From the NCBI GenBank assembly GCA_001687465.1, contig LVLI01000150.1:62001-119307 (forward strand): a DNA stretch of 57,307 nt, written 5' to 3'. The translations under genes and the position numbers were made by a program. Origin of the DNA: Halocafeteria seosinensis (taxonomy: Eukaryota). A model generated the notes under the pieces. The model worked only from the letters and a program-made list of their open reading frames with translations, was not told where the DNA came from and did not search any database. Each line of letters starts with the position of its first letter. Position 1 is the stretch's first letter. Of this stretch, positions 21,947 through 34,309 are shown one piece after another.

Positions 21947-23927
21947 TCATACGTTCGCACCTCGGATATTCCTCTTGAAGAGATCCTTTCCGTGATGATG
22001 GTTACCATTAATACCTACATGCGTGTCATCGCCTCGTAACGCAGCTTCCTCCTCCTCCGGTTCAGCCAGAGGGCTGTACACCTGTGGTGGTTCTGCTGTA
22101 GCGAACAAGTGAGGCTCTAGTGAGCTCAGCGAAGCCTTCTTGAAGTCAGCGTCGCGGAATATAACGACATCGGCTGGCTGAAGTTTAGATACGTATTCCG
22201 CCAAAGTATTCAATAAAAATACTTTCGAGTTCCTTTTCCAGTAACTTACTGTGACGCCATTGCGCGAGGAGCGTTGAGGCTCATGCCAAATGCCAAAAAC
22301 TCCAGCGATGGGCTTGAATTCAGTATTTGGCGTCAAGCGAGAACGATAAAAGAGCTTCACTGTCTCGTCTGAAACTTCTTCTAGTTCGTCGAGAGATCGA
22401 ACCATCCGTGCTGCTTTTATCTGCTCCTCCCACTGCCGCTCGAAGCCGGGATTGATCATATTCACCATAGAGGTGATGCCTTCCCCGGAGAACCAACTAA
22501 AGTTGATGTCATCCGCCATCGACACATACTTAAAATATAGTTTGTGCGTCTTACTATCCATAAAAGATCCTTTGATACCTGCGTGATAGTCACGGGGAAC
22601 TTCTGGATGCAATACATCCCTCCCTTTGTGTGTATCTAATGTACGAAGCCAATGGTCCCAGTGCTTTGTGGGCCACCTAGAGCGGAGCTCGCGCTCCCAG
22701 ATACTTCGGGGAAGGAGCCATCCTAGGCCTGGGAAATAGTCAGTCCGTCGGAGCCCCTGAATATTACGTACTTGGTTCCGGAAACCATTATCGTTCCACG
22801 CAGAGGCTAGCCATAGAGTTGGATCAATATCTAAAACAGGAGCTGCAGCGTGGAAGTACTCATAGAAATCCGGCGAGTATAGCATATCGTCCTCAACAAC
22901 AACTACACCAGGAGAATCAGTAAATTTCGATTCTAATGCATAAGAAATTGCATAAAAGTAGCCTGAAGCAATTCGGAGAGCTAGCCGACTTTCTTTCCTG
23001 TTAGACCCCATTTTCATCAATCTATCCTCTTTGTCCACTTCTGCTGTAGACCTCACGTGAACGTGATAGGGGACATTCAGGTCTGTTACCACTTTCTCCG
23101 TGTCCGGATGAACTCCGTCTATCACAACGACAATCCTACTAGGGTCCATCCCTTTCGTTCCCAGTAGCGAAAGTAGAGAGCGGTGAAGCAAGTTAGCTCT
23201 GTTACATGCCAAAACTAAGACAGGGAATTTTCCCCCAGTTTCTACGAACTCGGTCAGTGATGTGGAACTTGCCGTGGGGCGGTGAGGCTGTGAAATGGGC
23301 GGGACAGTCTCCAAGCTCCTTCTCACAGAAGACTTCATCTCATCCTCTCGATCCGCTGGAATCGTTGCATATTGTACGTGTCGCTGGACAAAGCGTTGAG
23401 GAGACTTCCTCGAGTCTTGTGAGGTGGTATCTCTCCGTGTCGGAGGCTCCGGTGGACGGGGTCTGGGTTCTTGTCTATCAGCAGGATTAGATGAAGATTC
23501 GCCCTGAGGCGGTTGTACGGTCTGCAACTTAGTCGTCACATCTTTGCTGACGTCTCCTTTCCAAGGGTCTTCCGTCTCTGAGGGGGGCACTCTCTTAAGC
23601 GTCCGCGATGCCTGTTGATTACTATCTGTGGAGTCCTCAGGTACACTTGAGTCCACTTCTCGCTTGTCCTCTCCACGTATTCCAGGAAAGTGGGGGGTCA
23701 ACGGATGATTGCGGGTGCTATCTTTCGGGCTGCATTCGGCAGGTTGCATGCCGGGTGAACGACATGCTCTCTACGCTTGAGTCAGCTTACCTTTTGGTTC
23801 CAACTGATCCTATCATCAGATACAGATGCAGTACCACAAGTGTGCCAATGAGCCCGACAAAAAGCAGCGGGATCAGTTTAGTCCATGAGCTTTTCTGTTT
23901 TCCCTGAAATTTGACAGAGCTAGCCAT
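21947..23927 (-). CDS. GT13 family beta-1,2-N-acetylglucosaminyltransferase (GnT-I/POMGNT1-like), type II membrane protein
   Basis: Exon 1 encodes the TM anchor LIPLLFVGLIGTLVVLHLYLMI (donor ~23790); Pro/Ser stem; VLACNR, VEDD, ASAWNDNG, RTDYFPGLGW, WDHWLR. Confidence 0.9.
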
Positions 23928-24392
23928 CCTTCTAGATCAATACTAATTATTTCTAGGTTCTATTTCCCGGGGCGGCAGTATCTGGACCCTCCGTCCTTCC
24001 TCTAAGTGGTTGTATGTATCGGCGTTACCATACGCACACGGTACTCTGGGGGGAATATACCTCTCTGCCTATACTCTTGCTCTGCAGCTCGTTTGACTCC
24101 GCCTATTGCACACACACCATGCAAAGAGCTAGGTGTGTACTGAGCGGTCAAACCACGTGGGCTGGCGCCACTCTCCCCCTGTGGTCTCACAGCTCTATGC
24201 ACGCTGTGACGAGTCGGGGCACAGCATATCTACCCACCAATATGGGGTACCCAGTCGCTAACAAACAACTCCTCTGCGCAAGGTTGGTCTATCGTGTATC
24301 TTGCTCAATTGACCCAACAGGGTAAGGTGCCATGTTGTGAACTGGTTTGTTAAGACGCTGTGTTTGATGATTTAGCAGACAGATTATGGACA

Positions 24393-24890
24393 ATGGAGAA
24401 CACATCAACATCTAATAGTGAATATTGTTCTGTCGTGCAAGAAGCACGGCAGAACCTGGAGGCCTTGCATAGGCAACAAGTACAAGGTTGGGCCGAGACC
24501 GCCCCGTTCCGATACAGATACGAACAGTCTCATGGGTCACATACGGACTCCAAACAGGATTTTGATACTAGTGAGCAGACTGATGCATTCTCACAGGATG
24601 ACGAGGATTTTGGTTTTGGAGATGATGAACAGGCGGCAAAAAAACACTCGACTTCCAAGAGGTTGCAAGACACTATAGAACCTGATAGTGAGAGCGAGGA
24701 GGAGGAAGAGGAACTTCCTGATGATACTAAAGTTTTAAAGGAGATGGTGCAAGAATTGAAGGAGACGAATGAAAGAATAATGGGGCAAAATCTCGCGCTC
24801 TTGAAAGACGTGCAGGATATGCAAACTACAATCACTGACCTGCGGGCCGAGAAAGCAGTAATGGCAGACAAAATTCAAGCAAGCAAATAA
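24393..24890 (+). CDS. Hypothetical acidic protein with C-terminal coiled coil
   Basis: 166-codon ORF from ATG 24393; heptad pattern LKEMVQELKETNERIMGQNLALLKDV. Confidence 0.65.
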   Translation: MENTSTSNSEYCSVVQEARQNLEALHRQQVQGWAETAPFRYRYEQSHGSHTDSKQDFDTSEQTDAFSQDDEDFGFGDDEQAAKKHSTSKRLQDTIEPDSESEEEEEELPDDTKVLKEMVQELKETNERIMGQNLALLKDVQDMQTTITDLRAEKAVMADKIQASK

Positions 24891-25488
24891 ATTTGAGTTA
24901 TCGAGTGAGCTTCAAGTTAAAAATTTATCATTCTCAGAGGGAGAGCAACATTAACATTCCCATTGCTGCAAACACAGGAATTGTTTGGTAGGTGGGAGAT
25001 CAGGAACCCCCCCCCCCTCAGCTTCCAAACTCTGCTGCGCGAATTTGCTACTGGTTACGTGAGGGGAGCAGGAGAGGCATACCAGTACCGGGATGATGAT
25101 TCGCTCGGAAATACCGTATGTTGCAGGAAGATTTTGGTAGTCTCTCAGGATTATACAGCAAGTTGTCAGCGACGAGAATGAACATTGAACATGGATATAA
25201 TCTACCCCTTACCCCTATCTCTGTGGACGTAGATGTATCGTGCAGGTTCCTATTCATTGGCTTTCTTTTATAAATTACACTTGTCTGCAGTTTAACGCGA
25301 CTCGAATGATTCAGAATGAAATTCATTTGTGAAGTTAAACACAGGTGAGCAAGAAATGACTCATCCCGAGGTGCATGCAGCGTTAATATGCGATATTGGT
25401 CAACAATTGGTGTTGGTTTGGGAACGAGCGCTGTCCGATTATTCCCATCTAGAACACTGGCGGTGCATAGGTGGGTTTGAGTGATAGC

Positions 25489-26699
25489 ATGTATTATATG
25501 CGCAAAGCGTCGAGATCAGCCATTGGAAGAAACTTACGCTTGTTCTGCGCACTGAATCGTGGCTACACAGCCTGTAGTGTTTCACTTCCTGCGGGAAAAA
25601 CGACATTTTCGGCACTTCCACTGCGCAGATCTGCAGATAGCAGTGTGAGGACAATGGCGACGATGGCTTCCTCTCACAAATATCTTTCACAGGGTGAAGC
25701 TCAGGTGAGTAGAGAGTGGCCACCAGGAATTGTCCTGAGGTTACCCAAGAATCATCCGCATATTGTCTTAACCGTAATTTTTCCGCCGAAATGCAGAAAT
25801 TAGACGCTGAACTAATGTCTTCTCCAGGATTCAGCGTGGACCAACTGATGGAACTTGCTGGCCTATCTGTCGCGTCGGCCACCTACAAGGTCGTGCCTCC
25901 AACTGAATACCCGCGGGTACTGGTAGTTGCTGGTCCAGGAAACAATGGAGGTGATGCGCTGGTCGCCGCTCGACACCTTAAGCATTTTGGGTACCGGTAT
26001 GTGGACTTGACCCTAAGGGGCCGTCACATTCGTGGTCACTGAAGCCTTACCACTGCCAAACAGACCTGAAGTGTATTATCCCAAGCCGGCTAAGAAAGAA
26101 GAGACGCAACGCTTGTTTGAAAATCTTATTGCCCAACTGAACCAGCTCGATATACATGTCCATCGCGAAGCTAGTACGTAAGAAGAGCGAGGTTTTGCGC
26201 TTTCAACTGATGAAATCGTGGCGTTGCAGATGAATTCCCGTCAGCACAGTTTATCGATGAACACAGGGATCTAATTCTCGACGGAATTTTTGGCTTCGGC
26301 TTCACGGGAGAGGTACGACCCCCGTTTGACGTCATATGCGATAGGCTAAATCAATCAGAAGAGCCCATTGTTAGTATCGATATCCCAAGCGGGTGGAACA
26401 TCGAAGAAGGGGACGTGTCTGGAAGGGGCCTTCGTTCATCCCTCTTGGTCTCTTTGACTTGTCCGAAAAAGAATGCCGAGTTTTTCGAGAAAGATATCGA
26501 TGATAAATCTAAACCCGCTGCCCAACATTGGTTAGGAGGACGTTTCTTGCCCCCGTAAGTCTTTTCGTAGTTCACATTAAGAAACTTGAAGGTTGGAGCC
26601 GCTTCTGTTTATGCTACATGCAGGAAGCTAGCTGAAGAGTACGGAATTAACTGGCTACCTCCTTATCCTGAGACTGAGCAGGTGGTTAGACTAAAATAG
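25489..26699 (+). CDS. NAXE: NAD(P)HX epimerase (YjeF_N) with probable mitochondrial presequence; multi-exon
   Basis: [58 protein letters not shown]; start ATG could be 25489, 25498 or 25654. Confidence 0.92.
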
Positions 26700-26774
26700 A
26701 GAAAACAGGTGGATTCTGCCAGCTACACAAAATACATATTATATAGATACGTGGAACCATAGTGTCACATTGCT

Positions 26775-28877
26775 CTACAATGCAGATCCAGACACACGCC
26801 TCCGGGAGGCTGAGCCTCCTTCTTCTGGGCCCACAAATTGCCACTTTTGAACCATAAGTTTTGATAGAGTTAATAGAGCTTGCTGACGCAGTTCCGGGTC
26901 ATCTTTGTTCAAGAGGCCCATAATGGTGTCTTTCACTCCAAGCCCACTCAGCACTCTGCAAAGATTCAAAATAACGAGCGAAGTAAACAAACCTGTAGTT
27001 CGTAAAAATATTGCGGCTACGTCTTACGTTTTACCCTGTGGATGAAATACTGCGAATTGTCCAATGTCATGACAAGCAATGATAACGGTGTCCTTGTCAG
27101 CGCTTGGAGAACGTAGTAGCTCGTGAAGCCTTCTCACTAAGTCAAAATCGTCATATTCGAAATAAATGTAATTTTCTCTCCAAAATTCGGGACGGTGGAG
27201 AATACCCCAGGAAAAACTTCCTTTGTACAGTTCCGCTTTGTATTTGTCTATGGAAGCCAGCTTTTCTTTGTTTGCTTGAAGTGTTTCTCGAAGCCATTCA
27301 GCATCTCTATTCTGTTCAATGAATTCAAACACTAGCATATTCAGATCCTACATACCCAAGCTGCAAAGCATACAGTGACTTACAAGTTCTTCGTCGTCGA
27401 ACTTTTCACTAGCATGGATATGCTCAACTACTTTAGGAAGCTGAGTGTCCCACACTCGCGGAAGGGGCTCCACGAATTCCGTACTATTTGCTTCGTAACG
27501 ATCACGGGAGAAAGAATGAATAAGGTTCTGCAAACGAGTGGGGGAAGTGACTTCACAACCTGCAATATACCCTCCGTAACGAGTTAGCTTACAGTCACCG
27601 TGCCAATGGCCATCCGCAGAATCTTCATTGGGACTCCTGTTACTTTGCACACCAAGCAAAGATCGTACACGGTGTCATGACGATACATGACGTATCTGGC
27701 TTTCCGCTCAAACGAAAGTACCCATAAGCAAAAGGCTACCTGCAGTCAATGCGTGCGAGTGAGATCGGCGTTAACTCCATCAAGATGAGATTTTCTACAG
27801 AACTTACTTCATAAACGAACTGCATATTCTTGTTCTGAAGGAGCGGTGGTAAGACTTGGATCACATTTGAATTGATGAGTAGTGACCGCGCAGTTGCATT
27901 CTTCACCAAGACCTGTAACTTCAAAGAGTTGCATAAGCAAAAGGTCATTGAAGAATGGTGATACAGCCCTTCTTACCGATAGGGAAGACACAGCGGATTC
28001 GGCTTCACGGTACGGACCAAAACTCGACGCCTTTCCGTGTTCTTTGATGTTTTCGACGATCCAGTTCAGGAGGGCATGTGTTTCCGACTCGTAGCTATCA
28101 TCATTGACTAGCAACAGAGCGGCAACACGACTGCCTTTCCGAATAATATACGCATCTTCAGAATTCTTAATAAGACTTATAATTGTCTTCAGCGGAAAGT
28201 GGCCTTGTTCGTCCACGAAAGCAAGAGCCGGGTTGCTCATTCGCGAATCTTGGGCGATAGTTGCTTCCGACGGACAATCTGCGGAGCGCGACGATGGATT
28301 GGGAATCTACTTGACCTATGACCGCACAACATTACACCTGACATACCATCTAACACTGTTTCCAATACTGTGAGAAGATATCTCACTACTGTAGAGTCGC
28401 GAATATGCTTTAGAGCTTTTACCAAAGATTTGGCCGATTTCAGAGAGTCCTGAACGAATGTGTACAACCACCCTACATACAGCATATATCAGTCAAGTAC
28501 CCTGATTTTCAGTTCACATACTTTGTCTGCGTAAGCAAGGAACTCGGTAAAAAGGTTGATGTTGTTGGTGCTTTCCCCTCCTTGTGAGCTTTGGTCACTG
28601 TCTCCGTAAGATTCCACCAGGCCCTCAAGGCGTTTGCGGTCCTCGTTCGAGAGGAAAACATCTCCAGATTTTGTCCCAGCCCTGTGCATTTCAAGGAGTA
28701 ATTCCAATCGTGAAAACAGAAACACACATTCCCAGAATGTTCAACCTGGCGCAACTGGCAAAGGTGTACTTACTTGGTGAATCTGGACCATTCAATGCGG
28801 CGGCCTTGCTCCAAGACCTCCTGGACAGAGGGAAATGTAGACATTTTCGTGCCCTTTTCTTGTAGACGTCTAGCCAT
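26775..28877 (-). CDS. ATP6V1H: V-type H+-ATPase subunit H; multi-exon
   Basis: NMQFVYE, DKYKAELYKG.FSWGILH.PEFWREN, IACHDIGQF..FHPQGK, KDTIMGLL..DDPELRQQALLTLSKLM. Confidence 0.88.
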
Positions 28878-29496
28878 TCAAACCTTTAGAAGGCAAACAA
28901 TACGTAGAGTACTTGATAATCAGCACTCCATCCCATTTATCTATCTTTCAGACGGTCCATATCTCTTCTGTTTCCTCCGCTGCTGCTGCTGGCAGAACAC
29001 ACGAGGAAAGAAAGCCGACAATCTTTTCTGGTACAGTCCAGGATCCGGATTTCGGTCCGGATTTCCCGGAATCATTTCCGGGACCTCTGGCTTGTGAAGT
29101 TCGGCCTCATTTTTGATTCGGGGTGGTTTACGAGCGGTATAGCGGTATTCACAACAAGCGAGACGGTTTTCCTCTCCCTACTGCTTCGCACTTTCTGCTA
29201 TTGTGGGCGTGAGCCAAGTGGACCCTGAAACTACTCTGGTCGTTGTTCCAGCCGTGTGCGACTGGTTTCAAACATCCTCAGTGAAGTCGTGCTATTGAGA
29301 GTAGTCTGGATCTTACTGAGCGGACAGAGGACATCTCCCTTGTACCCACGCAAACAGAGGACAGATCGATCGTGTTTCTTGTGAAGAGTAACGCTGCGAC
29401 CGCCCTACCAACATCCTGGGGCACAAGCGGTGTGTACGACACCGTATCTCGTGAAACAAACAACTGAGACAATCCACGCTAGCACACTGTACCAAT

Positions 29497-31201
29497 ATGA
29501 GTTCGGGAGGGAACAATTGGGATCTAGATGAGATCTTCGCCTTCAAGACTCCGCGACTGGTTCGCATCCGCGACCGTCGCCTGGGGATCATGAACTTCGT
29601 CTTTGGAACAGCTATCTTCGCGTATATTGTTGGGTAGGTTCATTTCATCTCACCACCGTTGGAATGGTTTCATGTGTGCCTGAGGCGCTAACGAGCTGTT
29701 GCGGCTCGCAGATACTTGGTGGTTTGGAGACAAGGCTACAAGGAAGAAGCTCCACTCCTAGGGTTCCGGAGACTCACGTTGCAGCAACCATCCGCGGATC
29801 TGATGAGGTACGATGACGAACTACCGTACTGCGGTGTCAATGGAACCTACAAAGCAGATGTCGACAACCCTGTTGAGGCCCCACAAGCTCCTTGCCAGTA
29901 CTTAGACCAATTTGGGGCCCAGTACCCGCGGAAGCAGTCAGATGCTATATTCCTCTCTACAAGGATCACAAATGAGCGTTATAGACGGAACGCTTCAGCG
30001 TCTTGCATAAACATGACGCATTCCGATTGTCAATACGAAAAGATTGCTGAGGCAACATTCTATGTGGCTGATCCAGAGTTTTAGTATGTCTTCATCTCCC
30101 AATGTCAAGTGGGCAAGTGGGCAGTAGTTATGTATGATAGTTATGGTTTCTTTGCCTGCAGTACTTTTTTCATAGATCACAGTTTAATCGTCCCTGACTT
30201 TGAGTGGTCTGCCAGTGCTTGGCAACTCGACGGTAGAATGTTGGTAAGAGCCTGTATTAGTTTTAAGTGCCTGGTCTGCTGTATTTGCCCCGTATTTGTA
30301 TTTGATTCCCTCTCAGGACGTAAACGATAATGAAGTCGATCCCTGTAAACCATACCAACAAATTGGAAAGAATTGTCCCGATTTCATTAAGGTTGGGGTT
30401 CCGAATACTTATGATATTTTCCCCTTGGCGACGTTGTTGGAGGCTGCAGGAGTCAGCAGCCTTGACTCTGCCGGCGGTGATCTTGGTAAGATCCAAACTG
30501 AGACTCACCGATATGCCGGTATAGTCTTACTTCTTGAGGTAAATTACGACAACTACTATACATACCATCCCTCAAACATTCGGTATGTACTTCCCACGTT
30601 AAATGAGGGCGTTTCGAATGGCATTGAGAAATTTGTCGACTGCAGATTCACGTTCCGAGTACATAGCATCCAAAACACCGAGTTTAAAGTTGAGCAGCCG
30701 CTAAATGCTCCGGGTTCCCGCGAGGACGAGCGTCTAGTATATGACAGGCATGGGATACAGATTGTCGTTCAACAGAGTGGGTCTATTGGTCGGTTCAACT
30801 TTGCGCAGCTGCTTACGGTACTGGTAACGTCTCTCGGTTTGCTTGCCGTTTCTAGCACGCTTGTCAACTTTACTGCTTTCAGCCTCTTGCCAATGCGATA
30901 CATCTACCGCCAGTATCGCCAAGTTGATAGTGTCGATTTTTCCGATATCCAACATTTACCGCAGACTCAAATAAAGCGCTTTAAGCATGAAGATTTGTTG
31001 AATCCTCGTCCTAGGGTATTTGCAGACACCAGCGAAGATGCATCCTCCTTGCTTGCCGGAGGAGCAGATCCGCTGTCCAACAAGATTTCGCGGGAGAAGC
31101 AGCGGGAGAGCGGTGCTGATAACTTTCCCCATTTGTGGGACGAAGCTCTAAATGACGAGAGGTCTGTCAGTACAAATTCGAAAAATTTTGGGAGCAAGTA
31201 A
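29497..31201 (+). CDS. P2X-family ion channel, copy 1; 5 exons
   Basis: N-terminal FAFKTPR.VRIRDRRLG, TM1, Cys-containing ectodomain, YDRHGIQIV..QSGSIGRFNF, TM2 LLTVLVTSLGLLAV. Confidence 0.9.
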
Positions 31202-32026
31202 GTCTGATATAAATGATTGATTCCCTTCATTTCGTTAAGTAGGATTTTCCACTCTGTACTTCAGGAGTTCCCACCGTCGTGACAGTGGAGCCGGTCATAT
31301 TAGTATCCCCAATCGTCATAAACGAAAGGGTCGAGGAGAATCAAAGGAAGAGTATGTATAGCACATGATTGATTCATACTAAGCTGTGACGATTTGTAGT
31401 GTCACGATCTTTCAAAACAGGCCGCTGTTATCAGGAGCGACAGATGGCAACCGAACGAAATCAACCTACGATTCCACTTGAACAGCCTTGCGTGACAAAC
31501 AATTTGCTATCGATGCTAATGTTCGTCACTGGATGTGAGAAAACCAAACCATATTATTGCTTGCACGTAATTTCGTTTTTGGTTCTCAAGAGTGTGTGCC
31601 GTTGACTCAGCGAGAGCGGATTTCACGGAAGCGCAATGGATGTCCGCAGAGCGTTCTTCACCGTTGCTTGCAAGCTCCGTGATACATCACGTACTCCACG
31701 CTTTCAAATTATGCGTCGATGAGTGGTATAGTGCCATGCATATGGTTTATGATTCCGAGTCTAACCCACGCCGAGGTGCGACCATCCTCCAGCATTGCGA
31801 CTGGTAGAAACTTATTCGGGGAGATGGATAGCACTCAGTTGGGGTGGTCTGAACACCAAATTTGCGGTGGAGAGCAGAGTTTGGTATCACTTGGTCAATT
31901 CAGGGTCCTCTGTTTTATGTGTGAGTCTCTGATGCGTTCGTCTGTTCTTCGTCGCATGCGAGTCAATTCTTTCTTGCTTCGCACTCTATTTCAGCACACT
32001 ACGGCTAACAGAATCCCCGAGAGAAA

Positions 32027-33745
32027 ATGAGCTCCGGAGGTAACAATTGGGATCTCGATGAGATCTTCTCGTTTAAAACACCGCGGTTCGTCCGTATCCG
32101 TGACCGGCGGCTTGGGATAATGAACTGGTTGTTCAGCGCGGGCATTTTTGCTTACATCGTAGGGTACGTCGGTATGATGCGCCCCATCTGCTGATGATCT
32201 GTTATGAGGTGATCGCCTTGCTATCTTTTCCAGATATCTGGTGCTCTGGCAGCAAGGATTCAACGAGAAAGGCGATGCTATTGGCGTAAGCCGGCCGACG
32301 TTGCGGGAGCCCTCCGATGATTTAACGAGGAACCCTGGTGAATTGGTCTACTGCGGTGAAGGGAACTACACGGCGGATGTAAAGAATGCTGTCCAGGCCC
32401 CCCGAAGAGAATGCCAGTACTTGGACATGTTCAGTGCTCAGTACCCTCGTCAACAGACGGATGCAATTTTTCTATCTACTCGGATTGCACATGAATTGTA
32501 TGAGAGAAACTCTTCGGTGGAGTGCCATAATATGACCAATCCAAGTCCACAATGTCGATTCCAAAAAACAGCAGAGACGACGTTTTACGTCGCTGAACCG
32601 GAATGGTAGTACGTTTGCTTCATTGCAGCGGATGTAACATGCCTAACTTCCGTTTTTATACCAGGTGCTTCCCATTTTATATGCCTGCAGTACACTTCTT
32701 ATTGATCACAGTGTGATTGTACCGGATTTTGAATGGTCCGCGACTGGTTGGGGGCTTCATGGGAGGCTTTTGGTACGTCTACCTAGACACGGTGCATTGC
32801 TAATCCTTGAACCTCGTGACGGTTGTGTTGCCTATACAGGACACCCAAGGGAATGTTGTAGATCCTTGTCGTGCGTATGGGAAGCGTGGCGTGGCGTGTC
32901 CGGATTATATTCATATTGGGAAGCCTAATGAGTATGACGTAATGCCAATGATGACTCTCTTGGAAGCCGCCGGTATAGACAGCCTGGATTCTGCTGCCGG
33001 AGATGTCGGTGTTATTCAGACGGAGACTTTAAGAGTCTCAGGAATGGCATTACTTGTCGAAGTCGCTTACGACAACTTCTTCACGTATAATCCAGACAAC
33101 GTTCGGTAAGTCCCCATCTTTAAGCTAGTCTTCATTATCCATACGAACTCGGGCTCCCGAATTATTCTCAGGTACACATTGAAAGCGCATAAGATTCAAA
33201 ACACCGAATTTAAAATCGAGCAACCACTTAGCTCTTTTGCTAGAGGATCAGCGGAGAAATTGGTGTACAACAGGCATGGTATCCAAGTGGTTGTTCGACA
33301 GACCGGAAAGATTGGAAGGTTCAATTTCGCCCAGCTTCTTACGGTTCTGGTGACTTCTCTCGGACTTATCGCCGTTTCAGCCTCCATTGTTAATTTTACC
33401 GCCTTCTCTTTGCTTCCGATGCGTTACATCTACCGGCAATACAGGGAAGTTAAAAGCGTTGACTACTCGGATATACGGGACATTCCGGAGAGTCAAATAA
33501 ACCGCTTCAAGAGGGAAGACTTGTTAAATCCTAAGCCGAAAGTTTTTGCTGATACATCCGAAGGAGATTCGGCTCTCCTAGCTGGAGGCACGAGTCCTAA
33601 GTCTGCTCAGGTGAATCGAAAGGCCCCTAAGGAAAGTGGGGAGGACCATCTTCCTTACGAGCCGGTGGAGACAACGATGGACGGTCCCAGAACCTCCATA
33701 GAGGGTCCGCTATCGAGAGTGAACCCCTTGAGCAAGGTTCAGTAA
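32027..33745 (+). CDS. P2X-family ion channel, copy 2; 5 exons
   Basis: FSFKTPRFVRIRDRRLG, YNRHGIQV..QTGKIGRFNF, TM2; intron positions match copy 1. Confidence 0.9.
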
Positions 33746-34309
33746 GTAGCATATTCTATTTAACTTCTGTCAAACACCTTGAATCAGACGGATTACGGTT
33801 TGTTTTACAGACATGCTAGTGATGGCAGCGGGGGTAATGCTGAGGTGCCGACCCTGAGAGATCGCGTCGCTGAAATCGAAATGCAAGAGAGGAAGTAATC
33901 ACGTACCAACGTAATGTAGAGAACAATGGTGAATTGGGTGTGATATGGAATGATAAATGTACTAACTTAGATCTTTTCTCTTTTCTCTTTACTAGTGCAC
34001 CACTAGAGGCGTCACGATACAAGCTACACCGGCATACTTCGCTGGTGTTTCGACTCTCCCTTTGTTACAAGACGACGACCATGTCGTTGTTATGATAAGT
34101 TTTCCCGTTCTGCGATCAGTTCGCGATTATACTCCCCAAGCAACCACGTTTTGTATTTCATCCAAGATGCCGACAAATTTGTGCACTTGTAGTACTGACT
34201 ACCTGTTGGGGTGCGGGAAAACGGGCGCTGCTGCACCAGCGCATTCATTTTCCACGCTTGGCTTTGTTAGCCCTATCCGTCGTCATGAATATACACTTCA
34301 AGACGTAAG

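Noticed and set aside
30082..30084. In-frame TAG at the same position in P2X copies 1 and 2 (also 32607-32609), suggesting readthrough or pseudogenes
   Set aside because: The G is the first base of a GT donor; splicing gives TA|T (Tyr) and an open frame
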